Source of the DNA: an uncultured delta proteobacterium
GTDB taxonomy: Bacteria > Myxococcota_A > Polyangia > Fen-1088
DNA: 64,000 bases
NCBI GenBank assembly: GCA_963737265.1
Contig: CAVTRY010000016.1
Span: 96,001-160,000 of the forward strand
Reading direction: 5' to 3'
Shown here: piece by piece, positions 10,101-19,942 of the stretch
How positions within the stretch are numbered: position 1 is the first letter of the stretch
Layout: every line of letters begins with the position of its first letter
Program-made: the position numbers and the translations under genes
Notes under the pieces: generated by a model
The model's input: only the letters and a program-made list of their open reading frames with translations
Database searches by the model: none
What the model was told of the DNA's origin: nothing

Positions 10101-10862
10101 ATGCGCGTGCCAGGAACAGCCATGGTGGTGCTCATCGTGATTGGAGTCGCGTTGGCGATGTTCGTCGCCGAACGCGCCCGGCCCGGAAGGGTCTGGCCGA
10201 ACGTGTCCGGTTGGTGGGCGCGCGCGGCACTGGCGAATGGACTTCAGATTGCGGCGGTCTTTCTGGCGGGTGTGACCTGGGAGCCTTGGTTCCGGCGCCA
10301 TCGCCTGCTCTCGCTCCGCGAGCTTGGGTTCGGAACAGAGGTCATCGTCGGCTACCTCGTGAACGCGGTCACGCTCTACTGGACGCACCGCGCGCGACAC
10401 GAGATCGCCCTTCTCTGGCGCTGGCTGCACCAACTCCACCACAGTCCTTCGCGGGTCGAGATCCTCACCGCGTTCTACAAACACCCGCTCGAGATCTGCG
10501 CGGAGTCCATTCTCGCCGCCGCGATCCTGTACCTCGGCCTGGGCCTCGCGCCGCGGGCCGTGCTCGTCATCTCCGTGGTGAGCGGCTCGCTGGGCCTCTT
10601 CTATCACTGGAACGTGGCGACGCCGCGGTGGCTCGGCTACATCGTGCAGCGACCCGAGAGCCACTGCATTCACCACCAGCAGGGCGTCCACGCCTACAAC
10701 TACTCGGAGCTGCCGCTCCTCGACATGATCTTCGGGACCTTTCGAAACCCGCCGACCTTCAGCGGTGTGTGCGGCTTCGACACCGGCCGCGAGGAACGGT
10801 TTGTCGCACTCTTGCTCGGGCAGGACGTGAACGCGGAACGGACCGTCAGCCCTAAATCGTGA
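10101..10862 (+). CDS. Sterol desaturase / fatty acid hydroxylase family protein
   Basis: YWTHRARH, HQLHHS, FYHWN, HCIHH His boxes; start uncertain (10083/10101/10122). Confidence 0.88.
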   Translation: MRVPGTAMVVLIVIGVALAMFVAERARPGRVWPNVSGWWARAALANGLQIAAVFLAGVTWEPWFRRHRLLSLRELGFGTEVIVGYLVNAVTLYWTHRARHEIALLWRWLHQLHHSPSRVEILTAFYKHPLEICAESILAAAILYLGLGLAPRAVLVISVVSGSLGLFYHWNVATPRWLGYIVQRPESHCIHHQQGVHAYNYSELPLLDMIFGTFRNPPTFSGVCGFDTGREERFVALLLGQDVNAERTVSPKS

Positions 10863-11817
10863 GGACGATCTTGCCGAACGTCCGCCGACTGGCCAGAAGG
10901 TCGTGTGCCCGGCGAATCTCCTGCAAGGCAAGGACCTGGCCCACCTGGGGGCGGACGGAGCCGTCCGCCAGCCAGGTCCAGAGGCGCGTCGCGAGAGCGG
11001 AGGCCAGCTCGGCCCGCTCGAGCAGGGAACGGAGGTGGAAGCCCAGCACCCCGCGCGACCGGTGCAAGAGCTTCAGGGGGTCGATGGTCACGCGCTCGCC
11101 GCTGGAGATGCCGACCAGGATCTGCCGACCGAAGGAGCCGAGGAGCGCAAAGGTTCTCTGGGAGACGACCCCCCCGATGGAGTCGATTGCAAGGTCGAGC
11201 CCCCGATCGTTCGAGAGCTTCCGCACCTCGGCGTCGAACACGTCGTAGCCGCACACGATTTCGGCACCGAGCGCCGTCACGCGGTCGATTTTCTCGGGGC
11301 TTGAAACCGTCGCGACCACGCGGAGACCGAGACAGCGTGCAACCTGAACGGCCATTGTGCCGAGGGCGCCAGCCCCGGCGTGCACGAGCGCCGTCTCACC
11401 CTCGACAGCGTGGCCCGAGACGATCAGCGCACCTCCCGCGGTGAGGAGCGATACGGCGACCGCCGCGCCACTCGGAGCTGGGACAGCGTCGGGCAGCGGG
11501 AAGCAAGCCGAGGCGGGCACCACGGCTCGTTCCGCGGCCAGTCCGGTCACAGCAATCGCGCAAACGCGGGTGCCGAGCGGCGGCGCGCCGACGCCAGGAC
11601 CGTGAGCGGCGACAATTCCTTCCGCTTCCTGGCCCGCGATGAACGGCGGACGCGGACCACCCGGGTATTGCCCCGCGCGCTGAAGCAGATCCGACCAGTT
11701 GAGCCCCAAGGCCGTCACATTGAGGAGCAACTCCCCAGGGCCAGGTACAGGTTCCGGAACGTCGACCAGCTCCAGAACCTCCGGCCCACCGAAGCCGATC
11801 ACGCGAACGGCTTTCAC
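10852..11817 (-). CDS. NADPH:quinone oxidoreductase / MDR enoyl-reductase-like protein
   Basis: VKAVRV..GGPEVL, GLNWSD..QRAGQY, HAGAGALG, TFGKIVL; GTG overlaps the upstream stop. Confidence 0.88.
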   Translation of the reverse strand: MKAVRVIGFGGPEVLELVDVPEPVPGPGELLLNVTALGLNWSDLLQRAGQYPGGPRPPFIAGQEAEGIVAAHGPGVGAPPLGTRVCAIAVTGLAAERAVVPASACFPLPDAVPAPSGAAVAVSLLTAGGALIVSGHAVEGETALVHAGAGALGTMAVQVARCLGLRVVATVSSPEKIDRVTALGAEIVCGYDVFDAEVRKLSNDRGLDLAIDSIGGVVSQRTFALLGSFGRQILVGISSGERVTIDPLKLLHRSRGVLGFHLRSLLERAELASALATRLWTWLADGSVRPQVGQVLALQEIRRAHDLLASRRTFGKIVLTI

Positions 11818-12890
11818 TTGTCCCTCGCAATTCGACGGGCCACGAAGGCCGCATCGCGGCCAATTCCCCGGAGGTAGGGAGACGCGAGCGTGCGAACGAA
11901 GCGGGTCCCCAGAAGATAAAGGCGTGGCGTTCGCGTGCTCTCGCAGCGACGCGCGCGCGGCCACCCATCGCGGTCACGCTCGACGAGATCGCCGAGGTGC
12001 TCTGTGCGGTGAATGAAGCCGGTGGCGAAGACGAGGAGATCGGGTTTAAGCGACCGGGCGGGACCGCCGGCTTTGTCCGGGCTCAGCTGCACGGCCTCGG
12101 CGTCGTAGCGCGCCACCGCAGGGAGGCGCTCGATGGCCCCGGCGCGAATGGCCCGCGGCACCGCAAAGCCGAACATGCCGTCCTTGGGCGCCACCCAGGG
12201 ACCGATCGGACGCGCGGGAAGATGCTCCGGCAGCCAGGAGAGGTAGTGCACGTCGAGTCCCAGTATTCGGCTTGGTATTGCCCGCAGCGGTGAGCGCAGC
12301 GAGATCGAGGCTCGCCCATCTGGCCGGTGCGTCCGCAACCAAATCCCCAACACCTCCGCCGCGGAAGCGCCGCCGCCCACGACGAGCATCCGCTCGGCCG
12401 TCGAGATACGATCGGCGCGCGCGTCGACGCTGTGAATCCAGGGAAGCCGGCTGGTGGCTGGAGCAAAGTCAGGGGGCAGCTTGGGCGCGCTCACGATCCC
12501 GGTGGCATTGACGACGTGGGAGGCCGGCAGCGACCGCGCTGCAGCACCCACGCGCGCATGAACCACGAATCCCTCAGCCGTGCGCTCGACCCCGGTCGCT
12601 TCGGCCCCGGTGATGACCTCGATCGCGTTTTCAGTGCGGTACGCGTCCAGGGCGTCCAAGAACTGACCGAAGGTGGGATAGGCCGGTTTGCCGACATCGA
12701 GGCGCATTCCGGGCAGTCGAGACAGCCGAGCTGGCGAGAACAGCTTCATCTCCGGATCGACCCGGCGCAGCCCGGCGGCGGCGCTGCCGCCGCGTTCCAG
12801 CAACGAACAGGAGATCCCACGCTTGGTGAGGGAGACGGCCGCCGCGAGGCCTGCCGGACCCGCGCCGATGATCACCACGTGCGCTTTCAC
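11814..12890 (-). CDS. Flavin-containing monooxygenase-like FAD/NAD(P) oxidoreductase
   Basis: IIGAGPAGL, VNATG, WIHS, VVGGGASA, FATGF; GTGA coupling with both neighbours. Confidence 0.85.
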   Translation of the reverse strand: MKAHVVIIGAGPAGLAAAVSLTKRGISCSLLERGGSAAAGLRRVDPEMKLFSPARLSRLPGMRLDVGKPAYPTFGQFLDALDAYRTENAIEVITGAEATGVERTAEGFVVHARVGAAARSLPASHVVNATGIVSAPKLPPDFAPATSRLPWIHSVDARADRISTAERMLVVGGGASAAEVLGIWLRTHRPDGRASISLRSPLRAIPSRILGLDVHYLSWLPEHLPARPIGPWVAPKDGMFGFAVPRAIRAGAIERLPAVARYDAEAVQLSPDKAGGPARSLKPDLLVFATGFIHRTEHLGDLVERDRDGWPRARRCESTRTPRLYLLGTRFVRTLASPYLRGIGRDAAFVARRIARDK

Positions 12891-13363
12891 GTCAGGGCAC
12901 GCGCCTTCCAGGCCGCCAGGCGCTCGCGATAGCGGCGGATAGCCTCGGCCCAGGTGGCGTCCGCCTCGCGAAGAGCCATCACCAGCTCGGCGCGACAGAG
13001 CATCTCGCCACCTTCTCGGGCGAGCGACGTCGCCACGGCGACGCTGGACGGCTCGGCGCGCTTCACCCGAGCTGAGATCACCAGCCGGGCCGGCAAAACC
13101 GCCGGTTGGAGAAAGGCGGCGTGGCGAACGAGGCCGAGGAATGCCCAGCGTGGGGTGGCGTGACGGAGCGCGGTCACCTCCTCCGCCAGTGGCCCCGCGA
13201 TCTGGGCGCACAGCTCGATCTGAAGGGAGCCCGGGAGAACCGGAGCGCCCACGAAGTGGTCGGCCAAAAAAGGGAAGGAGGGGTGATCGATCGGGATGGT
13301 CGCGCGTCCCGACGCTGCGCCGGCAGCGGCGTCAACCGTCAGCGATTCCATCAGCTCGAACAT
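12887..13363 (-). CDS. FabA/FabZ-like hot-dog dehydratase
   Basis: FLADHFVGAPVLPGSLQIE.CAQ motif. Confidence 0.85.
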   Translation of the reverse strand: MFELMESLTVDAAAGAASGRATIPIDHPSFPFLADHFVGAPVLPGSLQIELCAQIAGPLAEEVTALRHATPRWAFLGLVRHAAFLQPAVLPARLVISARVKRAEPSSVAVATSLAREGGEMLCRAELVMALREADATWAEAIRRYRERLAAWKARALT

Positions 13364-13776
13364 GCACGCCGCGTTTCCACAAGGAGATGGTCGACCAGGC
13401 GACCGATTGCCCCGACCGTGCAGTATCTCGGCAAGGTGGCTACGTCGATCTGGGCGGGAAACAGCTCGCCGGGCGTGTCGGGCAAGAGCGCCATCAAACG
13501 TTGGCGACCGAGCGGCAGCAAGGCGCCGTCCTGGGCAAACTCATCGTCCGGGAGATCGCCGCGCGCCAGCCGATAGAGGGTCCCCTCGGCGATCACCACG
13601 CCGAAGGTGTCTTCCACCCTGAAGAGAAAATCGAGCAAATCCATCGACGTGAATGCCAGGTCGTTGAACAGCAGTTGGGTGGGCTCGATGGCCGCGCTGT
13701 CTGGCCTGGCTTGGGTCTCGCGCACGATCTGTGCGACACGATCAAACGTCGACGACCCTCCGGTTCCGCCGTTCAT
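13351..13776 (-). CDS. Acyl carrier protein with an internal insertion
   Basis: LFNDLAFTSMDLLDFLFRVEDTFGV (Ser attachment site) and a terminal TVGAI helix, separated by about 50 extra residues. Confidence 0.78.
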   Translation of the reverse strand: MNGGTGGSSTFDRVAQIVRETQARPDSAAIEPTQLLFNDLAFTSMDLLDFLFRVEDTFGVVIAEGTLYRLARGDLPDDEFAQDGALLPLGRQRLMALLPDTPGELFPAQIDVATLPRYCTVGAIGRLVDHLLVETRRACSS

Positions 13777-14939
13777 GAGGCGCCCTCCGGCGGCGGTGAA
13801 ACGATGAGCGCTGCATTCTGGCCGCCCATTCCGAACGAAGACGAGAGCACGGCACGTGTCCGGGTGGAACGAGGCCGGGCGAGGACGTGATCGAGCGCGC
13901 AGTCCTCGTCGGGCTCGGTCAGGTTACAGGTGGGCGGCACGATCCCCGTTCGGCAGGTCTCAATGGCCACCGCGGCCTCCAAGGCCCCGGCGGCGGCCAT
14001 CGCGTGCCCGATCGCGCCCTTGACGCTGGAGACGGGGGTCTGTCGCCAGGTGTCAGCGAAGACCCTTCGCAAGGCGGCGGCTTCGGCGGGATCGCCGGCG
14101 CGTGTACCGGTGCCGTGCGCATTCACCACGTCGACCTCGGCCGCGGCGCATCCGGCGTCCTCCAGGGTTCGGCGCAGGCACAGCTCGGCGCCCAGGCCGT
14201 CGAGGGGAGGGCGATTGAGGTCGTGAGCGTCCTGGCTGACCCCGAAACCGCGCAACTCGGCGAGCGGCTCTGCCCCGCGGGCACGCGCGCCAGCGAGCGT
14301 CTCGAGGACCAGCGCGGCGCCCCCTTCGCCGAGCGCCACCCCGCGGCGCCGCCGATCAAATGGGCGGCAGGCAGTCGTCGGATCCTCCCCCGCCTGGTCG
14401 AGCGCGAGGGCCTGGAGCCAGGCGAAACCGAAAATGTAGAAGGGCGTCAGCATGGCTGTCGCGCCCCCCGCCACGCAGATCGCCACCCGGCCACTGCGGA
14501 CGAGATGGAACGCCTCCCCAATCGCGTGGGTCGCGGAGGCGCAGGCGGCGGCGATCATTCGCCGGGGATGGGCGAACCGCCCGGCCAACACCGAGAAGCA
14601 GGCGCCCGACGATCGCTCGACCGGACCGTCCGGACCTGGCCCCGAGGTGTCGAGTCCCGTCGACCACAAGAAGCCAGCTCGCTCCGGACTGATTCGAGCG
14701 TGAGCCAGCGCATCGTCGATGGGACGTCGGCTCATCTCGACGTCTCTCGCCGGGAGATCCCAGGGCAGCAGGTCGACGCCGCCGCCGACGGTGACGGGCA
14801 GGCCTGCGGTCACGAAGCGAGGCACCTGTCGGATCGCTGAGCGTCCCGCCACCAAGCCAGCCCACAGCTCGTCGACTGTCCCTCCAAACGGAGAGATCAC
14901 GCCCAGGCCCGTCACGACGACCCGCGCCCCCTCGCTCAT
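13773..14939 (-). CDS. fabF: Beta-ketoacyl-ACP synthase II family
   Basis: RVVVTGLG, catalytic ACAS, NAHGTGT, KGAIGH, SFGMGGQNA. Confidence 0.9.
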   Translation of the reverse strand: MSEGARVVVTGLGVISPFGGTVDELWAGLVAGRSAIRQVPRFVTAGLPVTVGGGVDLLPWDLPARDVEMSRRPIDDALAHARISPERAGFLWSTGLDTSGPGPDGPVERSSGACFSVLAGRFAHPRRMIAAACASATHAIGEAFHLVRSGRVAICVAGGATAMLTPFYIFGFAWLQALALDQAGEDPTTACRPFDRRRRGVALGEGGAALVLETLAGARARGAEPLAELRGFGVSQDAHDLNRPPLDGLGAELCLRRTLEDAGCAAAEVDVVNAHGTGTRAGDPAEAAALRRVFADTWRQTPVSSVKGAIGHAMAAAGALEAAVAIETCRTGIVPPTCNLTEPDEDCALDHVLARPRSTRTRAVLSSSFGMGGQNAALIVSPPPEGAS

Positions 14940-15673
14940 GCGACCTCGGAAATGATCGACACGTGATCGAAGCCGTCACCGTCGTCGACCGGGACGTCGT
15001 AGACATGTCGGCCGCGCGGGCAGACCGCGAGGGTGGCCAGCCAGTGGAGGAGTCCCTGCGCCGCGTGGAGGTGGGGGGCCCGCGCGCGTTCGTCGGACAA
15101 CCGCCTTCGATCGACGGCCACCAACCGGACTGTCCGACCGGCGGTGCCGAGGGGCCTCGGATCAGAGGAGAACAAAAGAGCGACGCCCGCACCGGTTCGC
15201 CCGGTCTCGTCCTGATCTCCCGCCAGGATCAAGGTCTCGACAGCCGCTCGGCCTTGCCTGCGCTCGAGGACGAATTCGAGCGCGCACCAACTCTGCCCTG
15301 GCGCGCCGCCCAGGCCCAGAAAAGGTGCCCGGTTCCCGAGCGCGATGGCCAGCGACGACAGAGCCAGGTTGTCGATCGCGTGGAGCGTGTAGGTCGGGTT
15401 CACCCGCACCGCGCTCGCGCGACCGGTTTCATGCAGCGCCCTTTCGAACTGGAGGGTGGCCCGCCAAAGCTCCGGTGAGCCGGGACGGCAGGGAGAGAGC
15501 GACACCAGCGCGACCTGGGTCTTGTCCCTGGCGGCGGATGCGGCGGTGTGGGCAGCGGCGAGGGCCAGCTTGACCGGCAGATTGAAGCGCCGGAAATCGC
15601 GCCCGAGATCGACCGCCGCCGCATCGAGCGCGGACGCATCGTGTGCTTCGGCGACACAAACGATGAAGCTCAC
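14936..15673 (-). CDS. Degenerate ketosynthase-like (chain-length-factor-like) protein
   Basis: GTG overlaps the PPTase stop; FRRF..PVKLAL, VNPTYTLHAIDNLALSSLAIALG resembles the KS N-terminal domain; no catalytic Cys motif. Confidence 0.6.
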   Translation of the reverse strand: MSFIVCVAEAHDASALDAAAVDLGRDFRRFNLPVKLALAAAHTAASAARDKTQVALVSLSPCRPGSPELWRATLQFERALHETGRASAVRVNPTYTLHAIDNLALSSLAIALGNRAPFLGLGGAPGQSWCALEFVLERRQGRAAVETLILAGDQDETGRTGAGVALLFSSDPRPLGTAGRTVRLVAVDRRRLSDERARAPHLHAAQGLLHWLATLAVCPRGRHVYDVPVDDGDGFDHVSIISEVA

Positions 15674-16290
15674 GCCTCCTCCGCCCAGGCCAGCGCGAAG
15701 TTCTCTGTCTCGGCGAGGGTGACGGTCGCGCCTGCGCCGAGGCCGGAAATCTGCGCGGTGCCGGCGTCGAGGTGCGACAACCCGAGGTGCGCGTCGAGCA
15801 GGGAGGCGATCCCCAGCCCGCGAAGCTTGAGGACGCACTCGAGCGCTGCCCAGGTGGCGCAGGGTGAAAGCGGCGCACCGCTGCCACCGCCGATGCCATC
15901 GCCGATGCCATCGATCGACAGGCGACCCAGCAGCCGGCGAACGCGATCGTCGTGGCGGGCATCGCACAGATCGATCGCCACGCGCCCCCGCTCTCCTTTG
16001 CGACGGGTCGTCGCCACGGCGACCCAGGCGCCGTCGTGCGACAGCGAGATGGCCAGATCCGGCCGCCCGAGCGCTCTGGGCGCGCCGTCCGAAGCACTGA
16101 CGACGCTCACCGACCTGGCGTCGTCACCGAGCAAGCGACAAAGGGCCCGACGGGCCGCCACGCGCCCCGCGATCCATTCCGTCCTCCGTCGGGTCCCGAA
16201 GCACGCCTCGGCCAGACAGCGGCGTTCGGGGCCTGTCAGAAGATCCTCTCGCCCGTCGAGCCCTTCACGGTCGAAGACGGTGACCAGCAT
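15670..16290 (-). CDS. 4'-phosphopantetheinyl transferase (Sfp-like)
   Basis: RRTEWIAGRVAARRA, GAP, ISLSHD, VAIDL, WAALECVLK. Confidence 0.85.
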   Translation of the reverse strand: MLVTVFDREGLDGREDLLTGPERRCLAEACFGTRRRTEWIAGRVAARRALCRLLGDDARSVSVVSASDGAPRALGRPDLAISLSHDGAWVAVATTRRKGERGRVAIDLCDARHDDRVRRLLGRLSIDGIGDGIGGGSGAPLSPCATWAALECVLKLRGLGIASLLDAHLGLSHLDAGTAQISGLGAGATVTLAETENFALAWAEEA

Positions 16291-16292
16291 CT

Positions 16293-16562
16293 TCAGGTGG
16301 TCTCCAGGGCGGCGTCGATCATCGTCGCCAGCCTGCGCAGGGTCACCCCCCCCACCACCGCTTTGGCGAGCATCTCTTTGGTCACCCGCATGTGATAGCG
16401 ATCTTCGATCGCCACGACCACGCCCAGGACGATGACCGACGAGAAGGGGACTACGGAGTCGAGAGGCTGGTCCTCGGGGCAGGTCTCGACGGGCAAGGCC
16501 AGCGTCGAATCCGGCGCCGCGGCGACGACGAGCTTGCGCAGATCATCGATGGCGACCGGCAT
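16293..16562 (-). CDS. Acyl carrier protein
   Basis: 89 aa, PFSSVIVLGVVVAIEDRY..TLRRLA; located in the FAS operon. Confidence 0.72.
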   Translation of the reverse strand: MPVAIDDLRKLVVAAAPDSTLALPVETCPEDQPLDSVVPFSSVIVLGVVVAIEDRYHMRVTKEMLAKAVVGGVTLRRLATMIDAALETT

Positions 16563-16566
16563 GGCG

Positions 16567-18159
16567 TCAGGAGACGACAGGCAGGCGGATCTTGCCGGAT
16601 GCGTCCGGGGGGCCGCTCGAATCGAGACGCACGGGTGCCGGCGACAGCGGCTCCGCTTGCGGGAAGAAACGCTCGTCTTTGTGGCGGTAGAGGTTGTTGT
16701 ACGAGCACCCGGGCATGAGGCGGCCGTCGGGCATCACGTAGTGGGTGCAGCACTTCTTGAGCCGGGCCACGTCCAGGTCGTAGCCGTCCATGAAGGCGTG
16801 GATGAAGATCGCCTTCGAGCGCGCCTCGGTCCGGCGCTCGATGTCAGACGCGGAGAGGGGATTCTTGGAGGTGAAGGTGTCCTTGAGGAAGCCCTTGAGG
16901 GAGTCCAGGATGACGTCCGAGTTTTCCCCGACCTTGGTCGCCGACCAGAGGTTGGTGATGGACGTCAGAATCATCTTCTCCAGCTGGTCGTCGGTGCGCA
17001 GGATCGCTTGGTTCGCCATGGCGTCGAGGTACTGGCGGATGTCGACGAACTCCGGCAATGGCAGGTAGCTCCCGTCGTTCATCCGGAACAGATAGGTCGC
17101 CGTGTAGCAGCTCGGGTGCGAGCAGGGGACCGGATGAAAGTGGCTCTTCTTCAGCCATCCCGTGCCTCTCTCAATCAAGTCATGGACCTCGGGCATCGTG
17201 AGGCGATGTCCAGCTGGGGTGGCGTGAAAGCCATCGCCGCCGTCGCCGGTGTGGGCCATCGGCTGGATGACGATGCTGGAGCATTGCCGGAGCTCGACAC
17301 CGAAGTTCACCAGATCGCCCAGCTCGTCCGAGTTGTCCCCCTTCGACACGGTCGGGACGAGCACGGTCGGGATGTCCAGCTCGCGAATCACGTCGATGGC
17401 CTTCATCTTCATGTCGATGAGCTCGACGCCGCGGAGCTTGGGGTAGACGTTCGGGCGGAGGGTGTCGAACTGCAGGGAGGCGTAGGCGCCGCTCGCCTTG
17501 AAGCGCTCGGCGAAGACCGGATCGTTGGCGATCCGGCGTCCGTGCGTGGAGACCAGGACGCGGCGCACCCTGCCGGCGTGGGGACCACGCAGGATGTAGT
17601 CGACGAAGTCGAAGAACTGCGGGTGCAACGTGGGCTCGCCGCCCGACAAGAAGATGGTCGCCAGCTCGCCCTCCTTCTCGATGAGCAGATCGACGCCACG
17701 TTTGAAGTGCTCGAACGAGATTGAATACTGCTGCTGGTTCCGGACGATGCAGATCGGGCAGGTCAGGTCGCACTTGTCGTTGATCTCGAAGATCGGCGAG
17801 CAGGTGTGCTGAAGGTGGTCCTCGCAGAGCCCGCAATCGAGAGGGCAGCCGTGCTCGACCTTGGTGGCAAAGCCCAGAGGCAACGTCCCCGGCTTGGTGT
17901 AGGTCAGCGACTTGACGTAGTAGTCGGCGTCGGAAGAGATGAGGACGTCGAAGTACCCGTGCGCGGTGCACTTCTTCTGCATGAACACCTGGCCACCCCG
18001 AAGGACGATGTGGGCGTCGATCACCTTCCGGCAAGACGGGCAAATCGACCGCGTGAATCCGAAGAAGGCGCTGTCGCGATCCCGTTTGCTAGGTACCGGT
18101 TCCATCGGCAAACGTTGAAGCAACTCTTGCGCCGTGTCTACTGCCCTGTCCGGGCGCAC
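16567..18159 (-). CDS. Radical SAM enzyme, Tes/GDGT-MAS (MJ0619)-like
   Basis: TRSICPSC..KKCTAHG, GCPLDCGLCEDHLQHTC, SAM motif CDLTCPIC, SGGEPTLHP, LQFD, HPSC, KKCCTH..PDGRLMPGCSYN. Start may be ATG 18106. Confidence 0.85.
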   Translation of the reverse strand: MRPDRAVDTAQELLQRLPMEPVPSKRDRDSAFFGFTRSICPSCRKVIDAHIVLRGGQVFMQKKCTAHGYFDVLISSDADYYVKSLTYTKPGTLPLGFATKVEHGCPLDCGLCEDHLQHTCSPIFEINDKCDLTCPICIVRNQQQYSISFEHFKRGVDLLIEKEGELATIFLSGGEPTLHPQFFDFVDYILRGPHAGRVRRVLVSTHGRRIANDPVFAERFKASGAYASLQFDTLRPNVYPKLRGVELIDMKMKAIDVIRELDIPTVLVPTVSKGDNSDELGDLVNFGVELRQCSSIVIQPMAHTGDGGDGFHATPAGHRLTMPEVHDLIERGTGWLKKSHFHPVPCSHPSCYTATYLFRMNDGSYLPLPEFVDIRQYLDAMANQAILRTDDQLEKMILTSITNLWSATKVGENSDVILDSLKGFLKDTFTSKNPLSASDIERRTEARSKAIFIHAFMDGYDLDVARLKKCCTHYVMPDGRLMPGCSYNNLYRHKDERFFPQAEPLSPAPVRLDSSGPPDASGKIRLPVVS

Positions 18160-18218
18160 GGTGACCGCCCAAAATCGGACAGATGGGACGGACAGATCGG
18201 ACGCTTCCTGTCAGCAAT

Positions 18219-18610
18219 TCACCGAGCTCGCGTCCCCATGAGCCGATTGAGCCTCGGAGCCGCGAAAACCGCCACGCCAGCCAGAGCCACCCCGGCAGCG
18301 ACGTCGGTCACATAATGCATGCGCAGGTAGATCGTCGAAACGTAGAGGCCAAGTCCGACGGGGAGCATCACCAGGAAGACCGCCCGCCGAAACCGGTAAG
18401 CGAAGACGAGCGCCACGGTCATGTGAGCCGCGTGCAGTGAAGGGAAACAATCGCGCGCGACCCCGCGGAAGTCGTCGACAGCCTTGAGGAATACCGGGGA
18501 ATATCCGCCGCCCGGAAGGCGCGTCGGGAAGAGGTCGGCTTGGAAGACGTACGGGCCAACCGCAGGCACGAGCAGGTATCCAACGAAACCGAGGACCGCC
18601 GTGAGAGAGC
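18219..18610 (-). pseudogene. PAP2/Aur1-like phosphatase or phosphotransferase, 3' fragment
   Basis: GYLLVPAVGP, RDCFPSLHAAH, STIYLRMHYVTDV; the 5' part is replaced by unrelated sequence at about 18610. Confidence 0.8.
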
Positions 18611-18614
18611 CCGC

Positions 18615-19942
18615 CGCGGCGGCAAATTTTCCGCCAGGAGCGACGCATATTGAGAGAGCGTGTTGTCATTGACGCGCACGGACTTGCGGCGTGTTTTTGT
18701 AAACCAGCCCCGTGACGGCCAATGCCGCCAGGACAAACACGCCGGCGACAATGAAGGGATTCAAAAATTGAAGCGGCGACGGCGGCGGCGGCGGTTGCGA
18801 GCGGTTGAAGGCCTTTTTGCCAAACACCAGCAGAAAATATCCGCTGTAGTAACCCACGCTCAACGCGATGAGATAGTAAAACGTCAGTCCAAAACCTTTT
18901 TCGCGGGGGCTGAATGGCGGATCAAACATCAGCCAAACGCAGATCAAAAAGAATGATCGCATGCACCACGTGAAACATGAAACTCGCCAGCGCCATGCCC
19001 ATCCGGCTGCTGTCGCCAAAGGACGACTGCCAGCGAATGGCCAGCACGAACAACGGCATCAGGTAAGCCAGTAACAACAACAAGCATCTCAAAATATTGT
19101 TGCGGGTGAATGCACGAGAGAAAATAAAACTTCAGCACGTTATACTGCGGAGCCAGGCTGGATTTCAACGCCAGCCACCAGAACGCACCCGGTATTTTGC
19201 CGGAAACCACCGCCCACGTCGGCAGCAGCAAGGCCAGCGACATCCCCGCCAGACCGCACAACACCATCCATTGGAGAAAACGCAGATTGAAAAAGTTCAG
19301 CCCGCGAATCCAGATGATCGCGGCAATGAACACCGGCAAAAATCCCACCATCGCCCAGTTCTCCGCCATCCCCGCGCCATAGACGGCCGCGGCCAGATAC
19401 AAACGCCCCGCCCGTTCATCCAGCCGGTATTCCAGCAACAACCAGATCACGAATGCGAACAGCAACAGGTCAAACATTTCACCCGTGAAATTCGTCGCGT
19501 GCTCCCAGAACGTCAGTTGCAGACCGCAAACCGCCACCGCCAGAACCGGCGGCAGCCACGCGCTGCCAATCGTCAGAAATGAAAAATCGCTGCGCTCGCG
19601 CCGGCGTTGCGCGTCCGTGCGGTCGTGCGGCAGCAACGCGACCGAACGCGCCAGCAAGCCGAGCGTCACCGCCGCGCACACGGCGGAAAAAACATTCAAC
19701 GCGATGGGAACCTGCGCCGCCGGCAGCCAGCGGAAGGGATAGGTGACGAGAAACAGAAGCGGATTGACCAGTTCCGGCTGCCACGTCCAGCCGGAAATTT
19801 TGGCCACCGCCTCCAGGTTGGGCAGCGACACCCAGCGGTTCAGGGTAAACCCATAAACCGCCAGCGCCGCCGCCGCCAGCAGCCAGGGCAGAAAGCGCGG
19901 AACAAAATTCTTCCGCGGATCAATGCGTGTTTCCGTCGTCAT
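18615..19942 (-). pseudogene. DUF2723/TMEM260-like membrane protein, frameshifted and 3'-truncated
   Basis: LNVFSAVCAAVT..FWEHAT..EMFDLL; coding-like sequence hops between ORFs 18944-19942, 18666-19019 and 18419-18751, then stops at the junction. Confidence 0.65.
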
